From assembly GCA_049976305.1 (NCBI GenBank), contig JBMFIM010000002.1, positions 1 to 56,412 on the forward strand: 56,412 nucleotides of DNA. Direction: 5' to 3'. The notes beneath the pieces were generated by a model, which saw nothing but the letters and a program-made list of their open reading frames with translations, was not told where the DNA came from and made no database searches. The stretch comes from Candidatus Micrarchaeia archaeon. GTDB taxonomy: Archaea > Micrarchaeota > Micrarchaeia > Micrarchaeales > CABMGC01. Position numbers and translations under genes: made by a program. Shown piece after piece: positions 47,232-55,625 of this stretch (within the stretch, counting starts at the first letter, position 1; every line of letters begins with the position of its first letter).

Positions 47232-50040
47232 AAGCCACCTAGGGGATGGCTTGGCTCTAGCCGCTGCTAAGGCCGTGGCAAGCTGCGAAAAGCCTGGGGT
47301 AGCCGCATGTCAGGCTTTGAACCCAGGATCGCCGAATTGCACCATGCATAGTGGTGCATGCAGACGCGGGGAATTGAAGCATCTTAGTACCCGCAGGAAA
47401 AGAAACCAATGGGATGGCGCAAGTAACGGCGAGTGAAAGCGCTGTAGGGTATGCAGAATCCTTGCGCGCAAGTGCAAGGAGATGTTGCGCAGGTATTACG
47501 TGCACGTGAGCCGAAGGCCTTGGAAAAGGCCGCCATAGAGAGTGACAGCCTCGTAGGCGAAGCGTGTGCGCAACTTCCTGCGAGAAGAGTAGCGTAGCTC
47601 GAGTATGCTACGTGAAGATGGGGCGTTAAACTCCAACCCTAAACATAGGCTAGAGACCGATAGCGAACAAGTACCGCGAGGGAAAGCTGAAAAGAACCCA
47701 CGCGTGTGGGAGTGAAAAGATCTGAAACTAGGTGGCGACAAGAAGGTGCGGGCGTGAGCGTTGAAGCATGCAGAAGCGAGCATCGTGAGGTGCAAGCGAA
47801 GCGTGCTGAGCAGCGTTCCATCATTCTTCTCGAAGCAAGAGCCAGGGAGTGTATGGAAGTGGCAAGCCGAAAGGCGAAGCGAAAGCGAAGCCATCTTGGC
47901 GGGTGCGAAAGCGCCCAAGTCACTTTCATACGACCCGAAGCCGTTGTGAACTACGCGCGGCCAGGACGAAGTCGAGTTGATGCTCGATGGAGGTCCGCAA
48001 CCTGTCATGGCGTGTCCTGTTGGGTGAGCCGCGGGTAGGGGCGATAGACCATTCGAACACGGCAATAACGGGTCCCCTCCGAAGTATCTTTAGGATAGCC
48101 TCAGCTTAGCTCGCGCATGCGGTAGAGCTACCGATTAGACTGCCAGAGGCGAAAGCCTCTGCTCTCTAGTCAAACTCCGAATGCATGCGCTGCGTAGGCT
48201 GGGAGTCGGCGGCGCTGGGCAAGCTAGCGTCACGAGACTAGAACGATAGTGACAGAGGTTAAGGTCCCTAAATCCTAGTTGAGTGTCTTCGAGGAGGGCA
48301 TTGCCTTAGACAGTCGGGAGGTAGGCTCAGAAGCAGCCATCCTTCAAAAAACGCGTAACAGCGTACCGATCGAGGCAGTGCTCTCTGTAGATGGACGGGG
48401 CTAAACTAGGTACCGATACCCCTGCATCCGCAAGGATGAGTAGGAGGGCATGCTGCATTGCACGAAGCACTTCCGTGAGGAGGTGTGGACAATGCAGTAG
48501 AGAAAATCCTGGTGTTAGTAACAGCAAATAAGGGCGAGAATCCCTTACGCCTGAAGCACACGGTTTTCCTCGCAACAGTCGTTGGCGGGGAGTTAGCCGT
48601 TCCTAAGCAGGGAGCCAATCACTCCCCTGCAAAAGGGTAGCCTGTTAATATTCAGGCGCCAGGCACGTAGGTGTGGCAACACAAGGCAGATTTCTGACGC
48701 TTGGGGATAGGCCGCTTTGAAACGTGCAAAAGGCTGCGGAGTCTCATTATGAGGAGAAGCAGCTAAATGAACTTCGGCCAAATTCCTGAGCCCGTGAAAA
48801 GGGAATCTGCAACGATCGTGCCTGAACGTACCTAGAACCAGTACAGGTGCTGCTGGCTGAAAAGGCCAAGGCGTGTCGGGGATAAATCAGGTTAGGGAAC
48901 TCGGCAAGTTAGTGGCGTATGTTCTCTAGAAGCCATGTCTGCGCTGGGTAAGCGCAGATTGCAATAACAAGGGGGAAGCGACTGTTTCTTTAAAACACAA
49001 CTCACCGCTAAGCAGTAATGCTTTGTACAGTGGGTGACGCCTGCTCACCGCCAGTACGCGAAACCCCGAAAGGGGATAAACGCTGGCAAAGAGCGGGGGT
49101 AACTCTGACCCTCTTAAGGTAGCGTAATACCTCGTCGCTTAATAGGCGACCTGCATGAAGGGCGTAACGACTTCCCCAATGTCCCAACCTGGTGCCCGGT
49201 GAACTCACTGCGTGGTGTACATGCCACGTACCCTCAGTGGGAAACGAAGTCTCTATGAAACTTGACTACAGTCTGTTGTTGTCATGTTGCAACCGCTGCA
49301 TAGCGTAAGTGGGAGCGTCGAAGCATGCTCTTCGGGGCATGCGGAGCGACAATGTAACACCACTCTGCGGCTGCGGCGTGACTTACCGTAAAGGGACAGC
49401 GACAGATGGGTAGTTAGATTGGGCGGTTGCTTTCGATAAGGAAACGAAAGTGACCAAGGCTCTGCTTAGGTGGGTTGGAAACCCACTGTCAAGCTCAAAG
49501 GCAAATGCAGGGCTGACTGTACCTCGAAAAGCGGGAGGTGCAGACTCGAAAGAGGGGCTTACCGAGCGTTGGCAGCTCTTTTAACGGGGCTCCAACCTGT
49601 CAAAAAAGTTACTCTAGAGGTAACCGGTTCGTGGCTGGCGAGAGTTCACATCGACCCAGCCGTTTGATACACCGATATGGGCTTAGGTCATCCTGGTGGT
49701 GCAGGAGCCGCCAAGGGTCAGGCTGCTCGCCTGTCAAAGACCTACATGAGCTGAGTTAAGTCCGCCGCGAGGCAGGACGGTAGTATCTACTGAGGGTGTA
49801 AGTGTCAGAGGATAAGGTACCCCTAGTACGAGAGGAATGGGGTGCCGGCGCCTCCGGTTTAGCGGTTGTGTTCGCATGGCCGCGTAGCTGCGCGCTGAGG
49901 AATAAGCCCTGAAAGCATCTAAGGGCGAAGTCCGATCCGAAACGAGACACTTAGGGTGGCCGTATTACACGGCTTGATAGGGCGGCTGTGTAAGCCGGGA
50001 GCGCAAGCGACCGGTAAGCAGACCGTTACTAAAACCTAAA
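47232..50040 (+). rRNA. 23S (LSU) ribosomal RNA, about 2.8 kb, with approximate ends
   Basis: 5' region GGAUGGCUUGGCUCUAGCCGCUGCUAAGGCCGUGGCAAGCUGCGAAAAGCC, GGGGAAUUGAAGCAUCUUAGUACCCGCAGGAA, GTPase-centre GGCUCAGAAGCAGCCAUCC, sarcin-ricin loop AGUACGAGAGGAA at 49825-49837, and 3' GCUUGAUAGGGCGGCUGUGUAAGC. The gene is bracketed by a 16-bp inverted repeat. Confidence 0.93.
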
Positions 50041-50042
50041 AT

Positions 50043-50058
50043 TCTCTGTTCGCTCCTT
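50043..50058 (+). repeat. 3' arm of the 23S rRNA processing stem
   Basis: TCTCTGTTCGCTCCTT is complementary to 47210-47225 and is followed by a T-rich tract (TTGTTTTCTTGTTTATT). Confidence 0.85.
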
Positions 50059-50141
50059 TGTTTTCTTGTTTATTGCAGTTTGCAGGGTTAGCGCAAGCCA
50101 GCAATAGCAAGTTTTTATTTCTTTGTTGAGTAGTAAAAAGC

Positions 50142-50870
50142 ATGAATATAATTGCTGAATCTTGGAAGACCTATGTGGCAAACATAAGGCTGGTGCTTTT
50201 GTTCTCAATACCTTTCATCATTTCCTTCCTTATTCTGCTTCTTGCACCTCTGCCGGCTTATACCACAAGTGGAGGTATATTCATAAGGACTGGCGGCCTG
50301 TTCATAAACGCAAACCTTGCCACAATCGGCGTAATAATAATAGCAAGCTTCTTCTCTCTATTGTTCCTCGCCTTTTCCATAGTCGCAGTGAGCATGATTG
50401 TAAAAACAGAGAAGACGCATACGGCAATACCAAGCAAGGTGCTCCACGAGACAGAGCGCTACACAGGCAGGGTCTTCATAATGCTCCTTTTCTACTTATT
50501 CCTCATCACAATAGCAAGCATAGCTGGCTATTACCTTGGCATGCAGGCCCTGCTTACCGGCATAGTGGGCTTCTTTGCATTCCTGCTTCTATTCTACGGC
50601 ATGCCTGCTGTAATCATCGACAATAAGAGAATAGGCATTGCAATGAGGCACAGCGTCAGCCAGATAGCGAAGCAGCCGCAATACTTCGTTCTTTGGCTTT
50701 TCCTTATAATAATCGTTGTCACGGTTCTTGACTTCTTGTTCATACACCTCTTTGCCAGCATTTATGCCGAGTATGCGCTGCTTATAGTTAACTCGCTGCT
50801 TGTCCTGCCGTATTTCGTGATATTCGAAACCCATGCGTATATGCGCAGGTTCCCGATACTGAGAAGGTAA
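50142..50870 (+). CDS. Hypothetical polytopic membrane protein
   Basis: 242 aa with about 6 hydrophobic helices. No motif recognised. Confidence 0.55.
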   Translation: MNIIAESWKTYVANIRLVLLFSIPFIISFLILLLAPLPAYTTSGGIFIRTGGLFINANLATIGVIIIASFFSLLFLAFSIVAVSMIVKTEKTHTAIPSKVLHETERYTGRVFIMLLFYLFLITIASIAGYYLGMQALLTGIVGFFAFLLLFYGMPAVIIDNKRIGIAMRHSVSQIAKQPQYFVLWLFLIIIVVTVLDFLFIHLFASIYAEYALLIVNSLLVLPYFVIFETHAYMRRFPILRR

Positions 50871-50876
50871 GGGCTT

Positions 50877-51773
50877 ATGAAAGGAGTAGTAGTGGCGATT
50901 CCAAGGGATCTAGACCTGGCAGAGTACATTGGCAAGAAGGGCACCGCAAACGGCATTACCTTCTTCAACAGAAAGGCAAACGGCATAGCGATAACTGCAC
51001 TCATGCCCACTGACATAAGCGAAAAATACTATGCACTTGCGCAGGCAATAATGCTTGCAAATGCGGTGGTGCTATCAAGCAAAAGCGTAGATGTGCTTTT
51101 CGGGGAATCGCTTATCGCTTCTGCCCTTCTTGGCAAACAGGTAATACTGGTGGATGAAGCGGGAGAGGAAGAAAGAGCAAAGACAGAAAAAATGCTAGAA
51201 GATTCTGGAGCTAATTACAAGAGGATAAATAAAGAGGACTTGCTACAAACCATAGCAAGCTTAGAAGTAAAAGAAAACGGCGATAAGAGAATAGACATCG
51301 ACAGAGCGTTTCCCGTAAATGGCGTTGGAGACGTGGCACTTGGCATAGTGACTAGCGGCAGGGTTTTAAAGCACGACACGCTCTTGCATAGCTCAGGCAG
51401 AGAAGTTTTGATAAGATCTATACAGATTCAAGACGAGGACGTCAACGAGGCAGAGCAGGGAACGCGCGTCGGGCTCGCACTGAAGGGAATAACTTACAAG
51501 GAAATAGAGAAAGGGGACATTCTGGCATCTAACAGGATAGCGCCCACAAAAGAATTCTTAGCCAAAATAGATTTCTCGAAGTTTGCAAAGAAGCAAGAGG
51601 CTATGAGGTGCACGCTTGTCCACAATTTCTCAGCAAGCATTGCAAATCTGGCAAAGCAAGGAGAAGACTATGCAGTAAAGCTTGAAAAGCAAATTCCGAT
51701 AAGCAATAATGGCAAGTTTCTGCTTGTAGGAGACGAACCTCCAAGAATCTTTGCTGCTGGTACTGTTGAATAA
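50877..51773 (+). CDS. EF-Tu/EF-1A-like protein with a degenerate G domain and an intact domain II beta-barrel
   Basis: Domain II signature IDRAFPVNGVGDVALGIVTSGRVLKHDTLL..GREVLIRSIQIQDEDVNEAEQGTRVGLALKGITYKEIEKGDIL. The N-terminal region has IGKKGT instead of GxxxxGK[ST] and no DxxG. An NKED tetrapeptide lies near residue 118. Confidence 0.6.
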   Translation: MKGVVVAIPRDLDLAEYIGKKGTANGITFFNRKANGIAITALMPTDISEKYYALAQAIMLANAVVLSSKSVDVLFGESLIASALLGKQVILVDEAGEEERAKTEKMLEDSGANYKRINKEDLLQTIASLEVKENGDKRIDIDRAFPVNGVGDVALGIVTSGRVLKHDTLLHSSGREVLIRSIQIQDEDVNEAEQGTRVGLALKGITYKEIEKGDILASNRIAPTKEFLAKIDFSKFAKKQEAMRCTLVHNFSASIANLAKQGEDYAVKLEKQIPISNNGKFLLVGDEPPRIFAAGTVE

Positions 51774-51842
51774 AACAGGCGCAAACAAATCGTAAGAAAA
51801 ACAAAAAACATAAACCTATAGGTATATAATAAATCGGGTTTG

Positions 51843-53819
51843 ATGCGCTTAAAGAGTTATTACTTTTTTATATTTTCTCTGCTTGCACTAGCTTTTGCTT
51901 CTAGCTCCGCTACATTGAATGCATCGGTTACTGTCACATGCCCTTTCAAAGTAATTCTCAACGTCAGCCCGGCGTATATGCGATATGGCAACATAACTAT
52001 GCAGTATACCCTTCAGTCCATTACCGACTGCTTCATACAAGACATGCAGGGAAGTTTTGAAATTCTCAACGCCACTGGTGCAGTATTGTTGAAGAAGGGC
52101 CTGTTTGCAAACTACACAAACCTTACGCCGAGAACTTATAACCTAAGCCTAAAAGCAACCTCGCTTGCTAACGGCACTTACTATGCCTACGTAAAATTTG
52201 CAAACATGTATACGCAAGCAAGCAACACTTCCAAGTTTGAGCTTCTCAACCCTGCAAACATTGTGATAACAAGATTCTATGGAAGCGGAAGCACTGTGCC
52301 TCTCAACTCCCCATTTTATGTGTTTGTGAACATGACCAACACAGGACAGCTAACTTCAAACCCGATTCAGCTCAACATAAGCATCTCTGGCCCTGTGCCT
52401 TTCTCCTATACCTATACTATAGGCAAGCTTATGCCCCACGCTTATGAAAACATAAGCATATACATACCAAACATAACAACGCAGCATGGCAACTTCGCCG
52501 CCTATGCAGTAGCTTCGTACTCTACAAAGGCGCCCAATGCCAATGTAGTGGCCTACAATATATCAAATAGAATGAGCTTTAGCTTCTACGTGCTCCCAGG
52601 CAAACCCATAAAGCCCACGCCTACTCCGATAGTGCCAACGCCACTAGTAAGCCTGGTAAGTGCGCCTTTGCTTGTTGCAGTGCCTGCTGGCGTGCCTGTA
52701 GTTTCGCAGCTTAGCTTCTCAGACATCTCCACAGCACCAGAGACAGTGAACATAAGCATAAGCAAGGAGTTTGCAAGCATTGTGCATCTTTCTGCAAGCA
52801 CGCTCGAGCTTCTGCCAGGTCAAGTGCTTACTACGCAGGTTGTTTTTACACCTCTTTCAAACACAACGCCAGGCACATATATAGTGCCCATAAACATAAC
52901 AGCAACAATAGAGAACAAAAGCACCAGCACAACTGAGTTTGCGAGCATTATAGTAAGCAAGCCTACCAGTGCAGCTGAGCTTAGCACCCAGACTTTGCTT
53001 GTCAACAACACGAACCAAGCAAGCGCAACTCTAGCAATAAAAGCCCCGGCAAACACATCTCTTAGCAACTTCACCGTCGAGGTAAGAATACCTGCAAGCG
53101 CAGTAAGGAACATAAGCGACATCTATGCCTACGGCCTTCCTAACAACATTACAGAGCAAGATGGCTACTACGTGATAGACTACTATGTAACGTATCTGCC
53201 CAAAGGCCAAGAGACATATGCCTACTACACGCTGAACAGGCCGAACCAGGCTTTTCTGAGATTTGCGCAAAACCTTCTCATGATGCCCTCAAAGCCTGCC
53301 CCTGCACAGGCTTTGCGAATATTGAGCATAAGCACGCCGACGCTTTATACCAACTCCAGCACGAACATGACAGTAAGCGCGCTGTATACTGGCACAGCAG
53401 CTGGGCAAGTTTATTTTGCCATTACCGCCCCTCCTGGAGTTAGCGTAACGCCAGCAAGCATAGTGCAAAACGCATCGACAAACCAGCTTCTTTTGGCCAA
53501 TTTCAGATTAGCCTCTACAGGTTCTCCTGGCACATATATGCTAAGCCTCTATGCTGCTTATGCCGGCTACAACACCACTTACTCCATACCACTAATAGTA
53601 CTTCCGAAGCCTGTCTCTACTACTACTTCAACAATAGCCTACAAGCCGATAAGCCCAGTAGTGTCAGCCTATGCTGCATACGCCTCGCTTACAGCAATTG
53701 TTTTAATTTTAATTATTGTAGCTATAATCGGAACCAGGAAAAGGAAACCAAAACCTCAGTACAGGCAAGAGGTTGTTGAGCACCTTGCAAGGATAAGAGA
53801 GCAGATAAAAAGGGAGTAG
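51843..53819 (+). CDS. Large secreted, heavily sequon-rich surface (S-layer-like/CARDB-like) protein with a C-terminal TM anchor
   Basis: Signal peptide MRLKSYYFFIFSLLALAFASSSA, dozens of NxS/T sites, a Pro/Thr linker PGKPIKPTPTPIVPTP, and repeated beta-rich modules. The C-terminal TM YAAYASLTAIVLILIIVAIIG is followed by the basic tail RKRKPKPQYRQE. Confidence 0.7.
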   Translation: MRLKSYYFFIFSLLALAFASSSATLNASVTVTCPFKVILNVSPAYMRYGNITMQYTLQSITDCFIQDMQGSFEILNATGAVLLKKGLFANYTNLTPRTYNLSLKATSLANGTYYAYVKFANMYTQASNTSKFELLNPANIVITRFYGSGSTVPLNSPFYVFVNMTNTGQLTSNPIQLNISISGPVPFSYTYTIGKLMPHAYENISIYIPNITTQHGNFAAYAVASYSTKAPNANVVAYNISNRMSFSFYVLPGKPIKPTPTPIVPTPLVSLVSAPLLVAVPAGVPVVSQLSFSDISTAPETVNISISKEFASIVHLSASTLELLPGQVLTTQVVFTPLSNTTPGTYIVPINITATIENKSTSTTEFASIIVSKPTSAAELSTQTLLVNNTNQASATLAIKAPANTSLSNFTVEVRIPASAVRNISDIYAYGLPNNITEQDGYYVIDYYVTYLPKGQETYAYYTLNRPNQAFLRFAQNLLMMPSKPAPAQALRILSISTPTLYTNSSTNMTVSALYTGTAAGQVYFAITAPPGVSVTPASIVQNASTNQLLLANFRLASTGSPGTYMLSLYAAYAGYNTTYSIPLIVLPKPVSTTTSTIAYKPISPVVSAYAAYASLTAIVLILIIVAIIGTRKRKPKPQYRQEVVEHLARIREQIKRE

Positions 53820-54590
53820 ATGGATAGGCCATACTTAATAAGGATAAGCTCGCACAAAGGCGGAGTCGGCAAGACCACAATAGCTGCCAATTTAGCAACT
53901 GCTTTGCAGCTTATGGGCAAAAGGGTGTTTGTAATAGACGCCGACATTGCAAACCCAAGCCTTGGCTTCCACTTCGGCTTAGACCAGGCAAACATTGGCT
54001 ATTTTGAGGTTTTGCATGGCAAGGCACAGCTGAGAAATGCAATAGCTGTGCACGCGCCAACTGGCTTGCACATACTGCCGGGCACGCTACACTCAAGGAT
54101 AAGCTTGCCTACAAAGCAAGAGGTAAGGAAGCTTGCAAACCAGCTAAAAAGGCAGAAATATGATTACATAATAGTTGATACGCCCCCGGGCTTTTTCCAA
54201 GAAGAAGTTACAAAGGTATATGACGAGGCGCTCATAGTAGCAACGCCTGAGATGAGTGCGGTATCAAGCAGCATAAAGCTTGCAAGCACCTATGAGAGAG
54301 GCAAGCTAAAGCACAGCCTTGTGGTGAACAAGGTAAGCGGAAAAAGGTACGAGCTGAGCATAGAGGAGATAGAAGACGCATATGGCGACAAGGCGCTTGC
54401 AGCGTTGCCCGATGACGAAACTGTGCCTATGAGCATAGCTGCGCACATACCTGCATATCTCTACAAGCCTAGATGCCCGTTCAGCAAGGCGGTAAAGGAG
54501 CTTGCAAGGAGATACGCGGCAAGGACCGGCGAGCTTGGCGAAGAAGAGCACAGGCAAGGCTTTTGGGCAAGGCTCTTTGGCTTGCAATAA
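53820..54590 (+). CDS. minD: MinD/ParA-family P-loop ATPase with a C-terminal amphipathic helix
   Basis: Deviant Walker A SSHKGGVGKTT, DADIANPS, Walker B IIVDTPPG, and a C-terminal RQGFWARLFGLQ. The ATG immediately follows the upstream TAG (53817-53822 = TAGATG). Confidence 0.85.
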   Translation: MDRPYLIRISSHKGGVGKTTIAANLATALQLMGKRVFVIDADIANPSLGFHFGLDQANIGYFEVLHGKAQLRNAIAVHAPTGLHILPGTLHSRISLPTKQEVRKLANQLKRQKYDYIIVDTPPGFFQEEVTKVYDEALIVATPEMSAVSSSIKLASTYERGKLKHSLVVNKVSGKRYELSIEEIEDAYGDKALAALPDDETVPMSIAAHIPAYLYKPRCPFSKAVKELARRYAARTGELGEEEHRQGFWARLFGLQ

Positions 54591-54591
54591 T

Positions 54592-54601
54592 TATTTAAAT
54601 A
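54592..54601 (+). promoter_or_regulatory. TATA box candidate upstream of the 54639 gene
   Basis: TATTTAAATA lies about 40 nt upstream of ATG 54639, with GGTG 6 nt upstream of the ATG. Confidence 0.35.
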
Positions 54602-54638
54602 TTTATGTTTCATAACTTACAAGGCGATCGGTGTTTAG

Positions 54639-55616
54639 ATGACAAACAATTTTTGGCACATTTTCTATGCGATAATAGCGTCTGTTGCAATAGCGACTTC
54701 GTTTGCACTACTCTCTACTTTAGGTTTGGCTTCTGCAGCCAGTGCACCTTCCAATGTTCTAGCATCTGCCAACGTGCTCTACACACTGTACACTTCTGTA
54801 AGCCCCAACACGATAAATCTTGGCAATGTAAATCCAAACTCAAATATTCCGACAAACAATATGATTACTGTATCTGATATTAACGGCAACATAGGTGCTA
54901 ATGTGTTTATAGAAGGCACAAACTTCGTATATGGTAGTAATAGCATCTACGTTTCAAACACATTATGGAGCCCTACTAGCAATACCGCCTACGTCGGCAC
55001 GCCACTTACACTCTCTTATGCCGACACTGCTATTCACATAAACGCCCCAACGCAAACAACAACATCGCAAAGCGCACCAATTTACTTCGGATTCAACATA
55101 CCTGGAGGCACGCCGGCAGGCACATACACGCAGACAATAACTTTCCAGAATGAGAACGTGACTTATTCGGTTAACGCTCTTACAACCGCTAACGTTGTAG
55201 TAACAGCAAACGTGCAGCAAGTTTGCTACATAACCTTGAGCACCAATTCCATAAACTTTGGCCAGATACCTGCAGCTGGAAACACAGGATATACGGCCAA
55301 TGGCATAGTAGACTACAACCAGGGAGGCAACGTAGCTGCAAACATACTTGTGGAAGGCACTAATTGGAACGAGGTGTCGCCAGTAACAGGCAACAGCTTC
55401 GGAGTTAGCAACACTGTCTGGGGCACGAGCAATACTGTTGCATATAGCGCAGGAACACCACTTGGCAACACGCTTGCTGATACCAATATACAGATACCTG
55501 CTCCAACCCAGACCACACCAACTACGTCAAACAACATTTACTTCGGCCTTGGCATACCTGGAGGCACGCCTGCAGGAGTTTACCAGCAAACAATAACCAT
55601 AGAGAACAGCTGCTGA
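54639..55616 (+). CDS. Secreted protein made of two tandem homologous beta-rich domains (fimbrial/adhesin-like)
   Basis: Signal/anchor WHIFYAIIASVAIATSFALLSTLGLASAASA. Two units of about 135 aa share EGTN[FW]...VSNT[LV]W...GTPL...ADT.I.I.APTQTT...IYFG..IPGGTPAG.Y.QTIT..N. Confidence 0.7.
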   Translation: MTNNFWHIFYAIIASVAIATSFALLSTLGLASAASAPSNVLASANVLYTLYTSVSPNTINLGNVNPNSNIPTNNMITVSDINGNIGANVFIEGTNFVYGSNSIYVSNTLWSPTSNTAYVGTPLTLSYADTAIHINAPTQTTTSQSAPIYFGFNIPGGTPAGTYTQTITFQNENVTYSVNALTTANVVVTANVQQVCYITLSTNSINFGQIPAAGNTGYTANGIVDYNQGGNVAANILVEGTNWNEVSPVTGNSFGVSNTVWGTSNTVAYSAGTPLGNTLADTNIQIPAPTQTTPTTSNNIYFGLGIPGGTPAGVYQQTITIENSC

Positions 55617-55625
55617 TGTGTTTCA

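Noticed and set aside
47251-49950. About 15 track ORFs on both strands inside 47.2-50.0 kb, for example 47496-48065 (189 aa) and 47706-48038 (110 aa)
   Set aside because: They lie entirely within the 23S rRNA gene. Their Arg/Ser/Cys-rich composition is typical of spurious ORFs in GC-rich structural RNA.
50162-50626. 154-aa plus-strand ORF in an alternative frame of the 50142-50870 membrane protein gene
   Set aside because: It lies on the same strand and overlaps fully. The 242-aa frame has coherent TM helices, whereas the alternative frame is His/Arg/Cys-rich.
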